Assembly (NCBI GenBank): GCA_964455505.1 | Contig: CAYVWM010000001.1 | Coordinates: 1 to 43,784, forward strand | DNA: 43,784 nt | DNA from: an uncultured Anaerolineaceae bacterium | GTDB taxonomy: Bacteria; Chloroflexota; Anaerolineae; Anaerolineales; Anaerolineaceae | Direction of reading: 5' to 3' | Shown here: one piece after another, positions 1-8,367 of the stretch | Layout: each line of letters opens with the position of its first letter | How positions within the stretch are numbered: the first letter of the stretch is position 1 | Notes under the pieces: generated by a model | Databases searched by the model: none | The model's input: only the letters and a program-made list of their open reading frames with translations | Told to the model about the DNA's origin: nothing | Made by a program: the position numbers and the translations under genes

Positions 1-995
1 ACCGTCTTGATAGCTACCAGATCAGACTGCTGAATATGTGGGGCATCTATATCATTATGGTAATTGCCTTTAATCTGATTTACGGGATTACCGGACAATT
101 TTCGCTTGCTCACGCTGGCCTTGCGGCTATCGGTGCCTACACGGTATCCCTGCTTACCCTGTCTCCTGAAGTAAAACAACTCAGTTTCCTGATCCAACCC
201 CCTGTTTGGCCAATCAGCACGGTTGAGTGGCCTTTTTTCCCTTCTTTATTGATGGCTGGATTGCTGACAGCTTTTATTGGCTTTTTGATTGGTGCGCCTG
301 CGCTCAGGTTGCGCGGAGACTATCTGCTTATTGTGACTCTCGGGTTCTCCGAAGTCATACGCCTTGTATTGGTCAATTTGCCCATGGTTTGCAACGGTGC
401 AATGGGTTTGAAAGGGATACCAGATAATACGAACCTGACCATCGTACTCATTATTGTGATTGTCGCGGTTTTTATCGTCAAACGGTTTATCGATAGCAGC
501 TATGGCAGAGCATTAAAGTGTATTCGCGAAGATGAGATTGCTGCGGAAGCGGTTGGGGTCAATCTATTCCGACATAAAATTCTTGCCTTTGTCATTTCAT
601 CTTTCATGGTCGGCATTGCAGGTGGTTTGCTCTCCAACATACTTGGGACTATCGATCCGACAACCTTTAAGCCCTATCTGACCTATGCCGTGGTCACGAT
701 GGCAGTTCTGGGCGGTACGGAAAGCCTCACCGGCGGTATTATCGCCTCTGGAATATACACCATCATGTCTGAGTTACTTCGGGCAGTGGAAGCGCCGCGC
801 ACGATTTTCAATATTCAAATTCCAGGAATTCCTGGTCTCAGGATGCTGGCTTTTGCATTAATGCTGCTTTTGCTGATACTATTTGCCCGTTCAGGCATCA
901 TGGGATCCAAAGAGTTTTCATGGGATCGCTTATTATCGCTTTTTGGAAAAGGGCGCAAAAATTCAAAGGAGGGAGACAACATTGGCCATTCTTGA
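1..995 (+). CDS. livM: Branched-chain amino-acid ABC transporter permease (LivM family), 5' end outside window
   Basis: Frame 3 is open from the window edge (RLDSYQIRLLNMWGIYIIMVIAFNLIYGITGQFSLAHAGL...). The protein is multi-pass and hydrophobic with the LivH/LivM-type GQxSLxHA motif. Two LivG/LivF-type ATPase genes follow directly. Confidence 0.85.
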   Translation, partial: RLDSYQIRLLNMWGIYIIMVIAFNLIYGITGQFSLAHAGLAAIGAYTVSLLTLSPEVKQLSFLIQPPVWPISTVEWPFFPSLLMAGLLTAFIGFLIGAPALRLRGDYLLIVTLGFSEVIRLVLVNLPMVCNGAMGLKGIPDNTNLTIVLIIVIVAVFIVKRFIDSSYGRALKCIREDEIAAEAVGVNLFRHKILAFVISSFMVGIAGGLLSNILGTIDPTTFKPYLTYAVVTMAVLGGTESLTGGIIASGIYTIMSELLRAVEAPRTIFNIQIPGIPGLRMLAFALMLLLLILFARSGIMGSKEFSWDRLLSLFGKGRKNSKEGDNIGHS

Positions 996-1743
996 TATCT
1001 CAAACCTCAAAATGCAGTTTGGCGGTCTGGTTGCTGTTGAAGACTTCAACCTTCAATTAGAAAAAGGTAAAATTTACGGTCTGATTGGACCGAACGGATC
1101 CGGCAAAACGACGGTTTTTAATGTAATAACAGGGTTTTATAAGCCCACTTCAGGACATGTATACCTGGACGGCAAGGAAATTACAGGTTTCTCTCCCGAC
1201 AGGATCACAGAATTGGGATTGGCGCGCATCTTTCAGAACAGCCGCATTTTCAGAAACCTGACTGTTTTTGATAACGTCATGATTGGTGATCACATCCGTC
1301 TAAAGTCCAGTCCTGCAGAAGCCATAATCCGGACGCCGCGGTACATCCGTGAGGAGAAAGAAGCGCATCAAACTGCATTGGACCTTCTCACCGGGCTTGG
1401 GCTTATTGCGTATGTGGATGAAATTTCCGGTTCACTGCCTTATGGGTTGCAGCGCAAGCTTGAGGTTGCCCGGGCGCTTTCCACGCGGCCCAAAATGCTT
1501 TTGCTGGATGAGCCGGCAACCGGATTAAGTTCTGAAGAAACCAGAGAAATGATCACCTTTATTCTCGGTGTACGTAAAAATTTTGACCTTTCGATACTGA
1601 TAATTGAGCACCACATGGAAGTCATCATGGATATCTGTGAGCATATTCTGGTTTTGGACCATGGCAAAACGATCGCAAGCGGCAATCCTTACCAAATTCA
1701 GACCAATCAAATGGTCATCGACGCGTACCTCGGAGTGAGCTGA
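982..1743 (+). CDS. livG: Branched-chain amino-acid ABC transporter ATP-binding protein (LivG type)
   Basis: Walker A GPNGSGKTT, signature LPYGLQRKLEVARAL, Walker B LLLLDEPATGL. The ORF-track start at 883 lies inside livM. TTG at 982 is preceded by GGAGGGAG (968-975) at 6-nt spacing. The exact start is uncertain. Confidence 0.85.
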   Translation: MAILDISNLKMQFGGLVAVEDFNLQLEKGKIYGLIGPNGSGKTTVFNVITGFYKPTSGHVYLDGKEITGFSPDRITELGLARIFQNSRIFRNLTVFDNVMIGDHIRLKSSPAEAIIRTPRYIREEKEAHQTALDLLTGLGLIAYVDEISGSLPYGLQRKLEVARALSTRPKMLLLDEPATGLSSEETREMITFILGVRKNFDLSILIIEHHMEVIMDICEHILVLDHGKTIASGNPYQIQTNQMVIDAYLGVS

Positions 1744-1744
1744 A

Positions 1745-2449
1745 ATGTTAGAAATCAAAGACTTACATGTTTACTACGGTGGAGTTCATGCGTTGAAAGG
1801 GATTTCGCTAAAGGTGCCTGAAGGCAGTGCTATAACCCTGATTGGCGCAAATGGCGCAGGAAAAAGTTCGACACTGCGCAGTATTTGTGGACTTGTTGAT
1901 TCTGTAAAAGGGAGCATCTACTTTGAGGGCAAAGATATCACCAATATTCCCGCTTATGACCGTGTGAAGTTGGGGATTGCTATGGTGCCAGAAGGCCGGC
2001 GGGTTTTTACCAACCTGACTGTGCATGAAAATTTGCTGATGGGCGCCTATTCCCTTAAAGATAAAACCACTTTGGACCAGGACTTTGAAAAAATCTATCA
2101 TCTTTTTCCCAAAATGAAAGAACGCCGTTCACAAAAAGCGCTTACTCTTTCAGGTGGGGAGCAGCAAATGTTGGCAGTAAGCCGCGCTCTGATGTCCCGA
2201 CCGCGATTGTTATTGATGGATGAGCCATCGCTTGGCTTGGCGCCAAACCTGGTTGCGGAAATGTTCAGTACAATTGGCAAGATCCATGATGAAGGGCTGA
2301 CATTGCTGCTGGTAGAACAAAATGCAATGATTGCGCTGAAGTTAGCAAACTATGGTTATGTTTTGGAAATTGGTAATATTGTTCTGGAGGGCCAGAGCGA
2401 CGAATTAATTAATGATGCTGCGTTGAAAAAAGCCTACATTGGCGCCTGA
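1745..2449 (+). CDS. livF: Branched-chain amino-acid ABC transporter ATP-binding protein (LivF type)
   Basis: Walker A GANGAGKSS, signature LSGGEQQML, Walker B LLLMDEPSLGL. The start is 1 nt after the livG stop, which suggests translational coupling. Confidence 0.85.
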   Translation: MLEIKDLHVYYGGVHALKGISLKVPEGSAITLIGANGAGKSSTLRSICGLVDSVKGSIYFEGKDITNIPAYDRVKLGIAMVPEGRRVFTNLTVHENLLMGAYSLKDKTTLDQDFEKIYHLFPKMKERRSQKALTLSGGEQQMLAVSRALMSRPRLLLMDEPSLGLAPNLVAEMFSTIGKIHDEGLTLLLVEQNAMIALKLANYGYVLEIGNIVLEGQSDELINDAALKKAYIGA

Positions 2450-2501
2450 TCAGCCAAACTCAGCATCCATTTTTGGTTAAAACTTATCATAACGTTTCTC
2501 T

Positions 2502-2549
2502 AAAGAAGGCAGACCTGAAATCCAACAGGAATAGCCTTCTTTTCTTTTG
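2502..2549 (+). terminator. Probable rho-independent terminator of the liv operon
   Basis: AAAGAAGGC (2502-2510) pairs with GCCTTCTTT (2534-2542). An inner CCTG/CAGG stem is present and a T-rich tract TCTTTTGG follows. The loop is large, so confidence is moderate. Confidence 0.45.
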
Positions 2550-2679
2550 GAAATATTTGTTGGAGGATTATTTGATGGCAGCGGTTCTCGTTCAACTATT
2601 TTGGCTTGAGAGTGGGTATAATTTTGACCATTGTGTAATTGAAAAAAACTAACTGAAGGTTGAACGCAAGGAGCAGAAA

Positions 2680-3771
2680 ATGACCAAAGACAACAAAGTT
2701 CGGGTAGCGATAATCGGTGTTGGGAACTGTGCCTCATCCCTTGTGCAAGGGGTACAGTTTTATAAGGATGCAAAAGACGATGACCGCGTGCCTGGATTGA
2801 TGCACGTGAACCTTGGGGGTTACCATATCCGTGATATCGAATTTTCTGCAGCAATTGACGTGGTTGATACTAAAGTAGGCAAGGATCTTTCCGAAGCCAT
2901 ATTTGCGTACCCGAACAACACCTACAAGTTTTGTGATGTTCCAAAACTTAATATCCCGGTTATCCGCGGCATGACGCATGATGGGCTTGGCAAGTATCTC
3001 TCCCAAATTGTTAAAAAAGCGCCTGGACCTACGGCTGACATTGTCAAGGTACTCAAAGAGACCGGAACCGATCTGGTCATTAATTATCTGCCTGTGGGTT
3101 CAGAGATGGCTACTAAGTGGTACGTAGAACAGATATTGGAAGCAGGTTGTGGGATGGTCAATGCTATCCCGGTCTTTATAGCCAGCTCTGAATATTGGAG
3201 CAAGCGCTTTGCAGATGCAGGATTGCCGATAATTGGGGATGACATCAAGAGCCAGCTTGGGGCAACGATCCTTCACCGGGTTATCACCAGCTTGTTCGTC
3301 GATCGCGGCGTGAAACTTGATCATACTTATCAACTCAATTTCGGCGGCAACACCGATTTTATGAATATGTTGGAACGGGAGCGGCTTGAATCCAAGAAGA
3401 TATCCAAAACGGGTGCGGTCACATCCATGTTGCCCTACCCCATGCATTCTGATGACGTACATGTAGGGCCAAGTGATTACGTACCCTGGCTAACAGACCG
3501 CAAGTGGTGCTACATCCATATGGAGGGCACGACATTTGGCAATGTTCCGCTTAAGATGGAAGCCAAATTGGAGGTGTGGGATTCACCCAACTCTGCAGGC
3601 GTGGTGATTGATGCTGTCCGGTGTGTGAAACTTGGTATGGATCGTGGAATTGGCGGACCACTCTATTCCCCCGCTTCCTATTTTATGAAAACCCCGCCAA
3701 GGCAGTATAAGGATGAGATCTGTCTTGAAAAAACAGAAGCATTTATCCGGGGCGAGGAAAAACTGGAATAG
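2680..3771 (+). CDS. ino1: myo-Inositol-1-phosphate (inositol-3-phosphate) synthase, short bacterial/archaeal type
   Basis: 363 aa. The N-terminal Rossmann motif [18 protein letters not shown] and overall similarity ([10 protein letters not shown]..., ...NFGGNTDF...) match the short MIPS family. RBS AAGGAG lies upstream of the ATG. Confidence 0.8.
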   Translation: MTKDNKVRVAIIGVGNCASSLVQGVQFYKDAKDDDRVPGLMHVNLGGYHIRDIEFSAAIDVVDTKVGKDLSEAIFAYPNNTYKFCDVPKLNIPVIRGMTHDGLGKYLSQIVKKAPGPTADIVKVLKETGTDLVINYLPVGSEMATKWYVEQILEAGCGMVNAIPVFIASSEYWSKRFADAGLPIIGDDIKSQLGATILHRVITSLFVDRGVKLDHTYQLNFGGNTDFMNMLERERLESKKISKTGAVTSMLPYPMHSDDVHVGPSDYVPWLTDRKWCYIHMEGTTFGNVPLKMEAKLEVWDSPNSAGVVIDAVRCVKLGMDRGIGGPLYSPASYFMKTPPRQYKDEICLEKTEAFIRGEEKLE

Positions 3772-4033
3772 ATATAGTATTGCGGCCGAAAAAATTTGTG
3801 GCTGTGATCCAAAAAGGGGGATTAATGAAAACTTACTATGCATGGAAGTAATTTTGCGCTCTTGGTTGGAGTAGTGTTCGCTACTTTTAACTAAGGACAG
3901 TTCAATTTATTTCCAAAAGGGGTAAATTTATAATCACAGGATGTAAACTTTTCTAAGCATTGCTGCAAGATTAATAGGTTTTGGATATCATTATTTCTGG
4001 ATTCATGCTAAAATTTGATAGCTAATATATGTG

Positions 4034-4069
4034 CAATTGTCATACATATTTATTAGACAATGACAATTG
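4034..4069. promoter_or_regulatory. Operator-like inverted repeat in the AT-rich spacer upstream of the 4130 gene
   Basis: CAATTGTCAT (4034-4043) and its exact reverse complement ATGACAATTG (4060-4069) are separated by 16 nt. Each arm itself contains the palindromic core CAATTG. A TGcTAAAAT extended -10-like box sits at 4006-4014. Confidence 0.4.
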
Positions 4070-4129
4070 TTAAAAGTAAATAGGTTTTTTCCGTCTTATT
4101 GGCCCGGACCTCGAAAGGAGTGGCAGTAA

Positions 4130-4558
4130 ATGCGAAGAATACTCAAGTTTCTTCTGATCACTTTCGGTCTTATCGTCGTTGCCTACGCTGTTTACTTTAT
4201 ACTGGGAAGACCCGCTATTCCATTACCTTCCTATCGCTATAATGTCCCCGAAGGCAGCCAACTGTATGATATCGTCAAGGCGACGGAGTCAGATCAGGTG
4301 ATGATCACACTGGCATCTGAAGGACAAATTGAAGCATCTGCAGACGATAAGACCCTGCTCAATATTGCGTATACCCCCGAAACGCTGAGTAACCTTGTAG
4401 ACCTGGCAGCAAAATATGCTTTGCCAGCAGAAAATCAAAAAACATTCAATACTATTAATCGGTACATACCGCTCACACGCTTCTTACCAAAAGTGTATGC
4501 GGGTTTTTACTATCATGTGCTGCGCTTACGCCTCAGCGCGGTAATCGCTGCCAATTAA
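4130..4558 (+). CDS. Hypothetical membrane-anchored protein (N-terminal TM helix)
   Basis: 142-aa ORF with RBS AAAGGAG at 8-nt spacing. N-terminal hydrophobic segment ILKFLLITFGLIVVAYAVYFIL. I recognise no family motif. Confidence 0.6.
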   Translation: MRRILKFLLITFGLIVVAYAVYFILGRPAIPLPSYRYNVPEGSQLYDIVKATESDQVMITLASEGQIEASADDKTLLNIAYTPETLSNLVDLAAKYALPAENQKTFNTINRYIPLTRFLPKVYAGFYYHVLRLRLSAVIAAN

Positions 4559-4601
4559 TGGCTTAATCAAAGGGAAAACTGGATAATTGGAGGAACCAAA
4601 C

Positions 4602-5426
4602 ATGAACAATATTAGGAAAAGTATTTCATTAGCAATAGCAGTTTTACTGCTTTTCGCTCTGGCAACCACCCAGGAATCTCTGGTTGTGGAAGCTTTGGAT
4701 GCGGCTCAGGAGGATCCGGAAAACCACATTTTCGTTGATGTAACCTATGATCCGGTCAGTAAAACTTACAGCCTTATCGGACTGTCCCAGGATCAGTTGA
4801 AACAACTCGGCTTGCCAGAATTGCAGGGCATGCTCTGGACAATACTTGAGCGTTTTGAAAGTCTCAGCCTGGATGTCGGCAGTGAAGGTGTTCATTTAAA
4901 GACCAATGAAGCCGAACTTGCAACCATCAACTGGGATAAAGATTCCAGAGAGTTGATCATGGGCTTGCTTGACAGTTACGGTATGAACTTGTCCCCTGTT
5001 TCCAAGGAGAGAGTGGAAACCTGGGTAGAAACTACCGATATTGAATTAAAAGTAAGAAACAGCCCTTATATTAGCGAACCATTGGTGCTTGACCTCTCAA
5101 CCTTGCTCTTGGTAGACATAAATCAGGAGGGCAAGGTGGCTGTTGAGGGGTTTGATACGGGCGTTGTCTTACAGCCGGAAATTTACGATATGGCAAAAAC
5201 TGGCGACATTGAAAATGCTATGCTCTGCTGGAATGATGGAACCCTCAATACACAGGTGAATGGAAACAACCTGCCGGAGATTCAGATCTACCAGGAAGGC
5301 ATTGAAGTAATTGACAAAGCCCTGGGGTTGAACCTCGGTGATATCGAACAATTCCTTGCCTCTCAGATAGGCGCGAGCATTTCGATTGACGGCAGCGAGC
5401 ACTTGAGCTCTCAGTGCGGGGATTAG
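4602..5426 (+). CDS. Hypothetical secreted acidic protein (signal-peptide-like N terminus)
   Basis: ATG at 4602 is preceded by GGAGGA (4589-4594). The N terminus MNNIRKSISLAIAVLLLFALA looks like a signal peptide. The rest is acidic with no recognised domain. A strong terminator follows. Confidence 0.6.
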   Translation: MNNIRKSISLAIAVLLLFALATTQESLVVEALDAAQEDPENHIFVDVTYDPVSKTYSLIGLSQDQLKQLGLPELQGMLWTILERFESLSLDVGSEGVHLKTNEAELATINWDKDSRELIMGLLDSYGMNLSPVSKERVETWVETTDIELKVRNSPYISEPLVLDLSTLLLVDINQEGKVAVEGFDTGVVLQPEIYDMAKTGDIENAMLCWNDGTLNTQVNGNNLPEIQIYQEGIEVIDKALGLNLGDIEQFLASQIGASISIDGSEHLSSQCGD

Positions 5427-5449
5427 GACTGCAAAAATAATTACAAATA

Positions 5450-5493
5450 AAGAAGTCCGGGTGGACCCCGGGATCACTCCCGGACTTCTTTTG
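5450..5493 (+). terminator. Rho-independent terminator
   Basis: AAGAAGTCCGGG (5450-5461) pairs perfectly with CCCGGACTTCTT (5479-5490), followed by TT. Confidence 0.7.
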
Positions 5494-5570
5494 CTGCAAA
5501 TCAACTTGGAGGGAAAGCTTTCTGTTTGACACGAAGAAGTATCAGAAAAAAGCCCTTCAACCAAATAATT

Positions 5571-5600
5571 CTGCCAGAGAAAGCCTTTCTGGCAGTTTTG
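5571..5600 (+). terminator. Second hairpin plus T-run (terminator-like) upstream of kamA
   Basis: CTGCCAGAGA (5571-5580) pairs with TTTCTGGCAG (5586-5595), including one G:U pair. The loop is AAGCC and TTTT follows at 5596-5599. Confidence 0.5.
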
Positions 5601-5715
5601 TTATCTGGAGCCCCCTGTTGTGTTTTTATTTTCCATCAGTGGAAAAGTTTATTCTGTTGGGCTCTGTAAATTCATATTACAATAAATGCGAATTATTAAC
5701 TATAAGGAGAGATCA

Positions 5716-7068
5716 ATGCCCAATACCCCATTTCCATCCAAACGAGCACAAGCTTTTAAGGATATTCCTGATGAGAAATGGAACGATTGGCGGTGGCAGC
5801 TGAGCCATCGCCTCAACACCGCTGAAGATTTCGAAAAGCTGTTTCCCCTCACCGATAGCGAGCGTAAGGCACTTAATCACGACAAACTCTTCCGTGTGGA
5901 CATTACACCCTACTTTGCATCCTTGATTAATCCGGACGATCCGAACGATCCAATCCGAAAGCAGGTTGTGCCAACCGAAACTGAAATATTGCCGTTTACA
6001 GGCATGATGGAAGACTCGCTTGCAGAAGATATGCATTCGCCTGTGCCTGGTTTGGTGCATCGCTATCCTGACAGGGTTTTGATGTTGATCACAAACACAT
6101 GCGCAAGTTATTGCCGCTACTGTACCAGGGCAAGGTTGGTTGGTGATCCTTCTCAGTCTTTCTCTGGTGCAGATTTTGAAGCCCAAATTGATTATCTGCG
6201 CCACACACCTCAGGTGCGGGATGTGCTCCTATCGGGTGGCGATCCGCTGACTCTGGCACCAAAAGTATTGGAACGGGTGTTAAATGCGCTTCGTGAGATA
6301 CCCCATATTGAAATCATCAGGATCGGGTCGCGGGTGCCGGTATTTATGCCCCAACGCATTACAGATGACCTGGTGGATTTGCTGCAGCGATACCATCCCT
6401 TATGGTTGAACATCCACGTGAACCACCCAAATGAAATTACTGCAGAACTTGCAGAAGCTTGTGATAAATTGAGCAGGGCGGGGATTCCTTTGGGCAACCA
6501 GTCGGTATTGTTGGCAGGTGTCAATGACGATCCATACCTGATGCGGCGCCTGGTACAGGATTTGGTGCGCATTCGCGTGCGGCCGTATTACATTTACCAG
6601 TGCGATCTGGTTGAGGGTGCTGGTCATTTCCGAACGCCAGTAGCGCGCGGCATGGAAATTATGGAAGCCCTGCGCGGGCATACCTCCGGGTTTTCTGTAC
6701 CGACCTATGTTGTGGATGCCCCAGGTGGGGGTGGGAAAATCCCGATCATGCCAAACTATGTCTTGGCCATGTCGGATCATAAGATTGTTTTGCGCAATTT
6801 TGAGGGTTATATCACATCGTATACTGAGCCAGAAGAATACCATCAACCCCCGCGAAGTCTAACCGATCCTTTTAAACCCTCTGCAGAAATCCCTCAGGAA
6901 GGTTTGTTTGGGCTGTTGACGGGTGATCAATTGTCTATAAAGCCTGAAGGTTTTGACCGATTGCATATGCGCGGAGGGTGGAAACACCGCTTGCGTGCAG
7001 ACCCTAAGAAATGGAAAGCCCTGGGAATAGGGAAAACAACAGAGGATGAAGAACGAGCTGAAGAATAG
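5716..7068 (+). CDS. kamA: Lysine 2,3-aminomutase (KamA family radical SAM / PLP enzyme)
   Basis: Radical-SAM cluster motif CASYCRYC (6100-6123). KamA hallmarks LLSGGDPL, NHPNE, VLLAGVNDD, YIYQCD and VVDAPGGGGKIP are present. ATG at 5716 is preceded by AGGAGA. The ORF-track start at 5686 is less likely. Confidence 0.9.
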   Translation: MPNTPFPSKRAQAFKDIPDEKWNDWRWQLSHRLNTAEDFEKLFPLTDSERKALNHDKLFRVDITPYFASLINPDDPNDPIRKQVVPTETEILPFTGMMEDSLAEDMHSPVPGLVHRYPDRVLMLITNTCASYCRYCTRARLVGDPSQSFSGADFEAQIDYLRHTPQVRDVLLSGGDPLTLAPKVLERVLNALREIPHIEIIRIGSRVPVFMPQRITDDLVDLLQRYHPLWLNIHVNHPNEITAELAEACDKLSRAGIPLGNQSVLLAGVNDDPYLMRRLVQDLVRIRVRPYYIYQCDLVEGAGHFRTPVARGMEIMEALRGHTSGFSVPTYVVDAPGGGGKIPIMPNYVLAMSDHKIVLRNFEGYITSYTEPEEYHQPPRSLTDPFKPSAEIPQEGLFGLLTGDQLSIKPEGFDRLHMRGGWKHRLRADPKKWKALGIGKTTEDEERAEE

Positions 7069-7181
7069 GTTGATTAATAGATTTTAAATTTTTTCTTGGG
7101 AATCAATTAGGCAAGAATTGCCAATTGGGACGGTCTTAGTAAGCGATATAATTAGTAACAAATAAAAAATGTAAAGGATTT

Positions 7182-8276
7182 ATGAACTCAACAATTACTG
7201 GCTTAAATACGTCAAAGATCCAATTGGACAATTATTTCAAATCCATTGCACCAAAAGAACCAGAGGCACAGGGTATTCAAGCGCGAGTCTTTAGTAAAAG
7301 ATTGGGGGTGGATTATTCATTTTCCAATGACTCCTTAGGGCAGCCATTTTACGTGGGTGATGTTGGAAAATTGTTTATTTCCACCGTTATTTTGCAGTTG
7401 GTTGAGGAAGAAAAAATTGAGCTGGACGATCCCATCGACAAGTTTTTCTTTCATTTTATGTACGACAAACTCTTCGTTTATGACGGATTGGCATATTACG
7501 GCAGTGCAACGGTTCAGGATTTACTCGCCCACACTTCTGGGTTGGCAGATTATTTTGCAGGACCGACTGATGATGGACAAACGATTTTGGAGGAAGCCCA
7601 ACATCAGATTGACACTTGCTGGTCACCCCGAATGCTGCTTGATTTTTCGAGAAACCACCAACGAGCGGTTGGAATACCTGGCGATGGGGCTTCTTATTCA
7701 AACACGGGTTATGTATTGCTTGGGATGATCATTGAAAAAGTTACAGGCAAATCTTTGGCACAAAACATGCGGGAGCGATTTTTCTTTCCCTTAGGCATGT
7801 CAGATTCTTACTTGTTCTGCCAAAGTAAACCGATCAATAAAAAAAACTATCAGCCGCTACAAAGGATATGGTTACAAGGTTTTGAACTAAGCCAATCCAA
7901 GAGTCTTTCAGTTGGGTTGTCAAATGCCAATCTTGTAAGCACACCAGAAGATTTGTTAAAGTTTAATCAAGCTTTATGGAACAGAAATCTATTACGCAAA
8001 AGTTCAATAGATCTCATGAAACATGCAGTCAACAATCATCGGCAGGGAGTCTATTTGGGAACAGGCATGATGGAAGTGCGTCTAAGCGAAGTTTTTTCCA
8101 TACACGAAACAATGCCATCTCTCTGGGGTCATTATGGGATAGCTGCCTCGCATCTTTATTATGTTACTGATCATGACGCGCACATCATCCTCAACTTCGG
8201 TGCGGATTACCTATTGGAAACGAGTTTTAAGGCCTTGCTATATATTACACGTTGGCTGAAACAAGTCAGTCATTGA
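7182..8276 (+). CDS. Beta-lactamase / serine-hydrolase-fold protein (PF00144-like) with Asp in place of the SxxK serine
   Basis: FYVGDVGKLFISTVILQLVEEEKIELDDPIDKFF aligns to the family consensus F-x-I-x-S-x-x-K...L-x-L-D-D-P. The YxN motif is YSNTGYVLLG and a late HxG-like motif is WGHYG. The nucleophile position reads D (DVGK, 7359-7370). Confidence 0.7.
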   Translation: MNSTITGLNTSKIQLDNYFKSIAPKEPEAQGIQARVFSKRLGVDYSFSNDSLGQPFYVGDVGKLFISTVILQLVEEEKIELDDPIDKFFFHFMYDKLFVYDGLAYYGSATVQDLLAHTSGLADYFAGPTDDGQTILEEAQHQIDTCWSPRMLLDFSRNHQRAVGIPGDGASYSNTGYVLLGMIIEKVTGKSLAQNMRERFFFPLGMSDSYLFCQSKPINKKNYQPLQRIWLQGFELSQSKSLSVGLSNANLVSTPEDLLKFNQALWNRNLLRKSSIDLMKHAVNNHRQGVYLGTGMMEVRLSEVFSIHETMPSLWGHYGIAASHLYYVTDHDAHIILNFGADYLLETSFKALLYITRWLKQVSH

Positions 8277-8296
8277 TAAAGTAACCGGATATAAAA

Positions 8297-8325
8297 GGCA
8301 CTGGTTCTGTCATCAGACCAGTGCC
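8297..8325. terminator. Bidirectional terminator hairpin between convergent genes
   Basis: GGCACTGGT(T)CTG pairs with CAGACCAGTGCC, giving 12 bp with one bulge. AAAA lies on the left and TAATTTTA on the right. Confidence 0.65.
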
Positions 8326-8367
8326 TAATTTTATAAGGTTGAGAAAGTTACCAAGTGATTTGAAATA

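Noticed and set aside
883-981. N-terminal extensions proposed by the ORF track. These are livG from 883, kamA from 5686, the biotin carrier from 19752, glgP from 26623, the HAD hydrolase from 29411, the HerA-like gene from 30216, isochorismatase from 34621 and the macB ATPase from 36661.
   Set aside because: The extensions overlap the preceding gene or lack an RBS. In each case an internal ATG or TTG has a GGAGG-like site at proper spacing and gives the canonical family N terminus.
5494-5715. Possible lysine (L-box) riboswitch or other leader upstream of lysine 2,3-aminomutase.
   Set aside because: I could not recognise the multi-helix L-box architecture or its conserved junction sequences. 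The visible structures are two simple terminator-like hairpins. An Rfam scan is needed to be certain.
5716-8276. An ablA-ablB style N-epsilon-acetyl-beta-lysine osmolyte locus.
   Set aside because: The gene after kamA is a beta-lactamase-fold protein. It is not a GNAT acetyltransferase, as it has no Q/RxxGxG/A acetyl-CoA motif.
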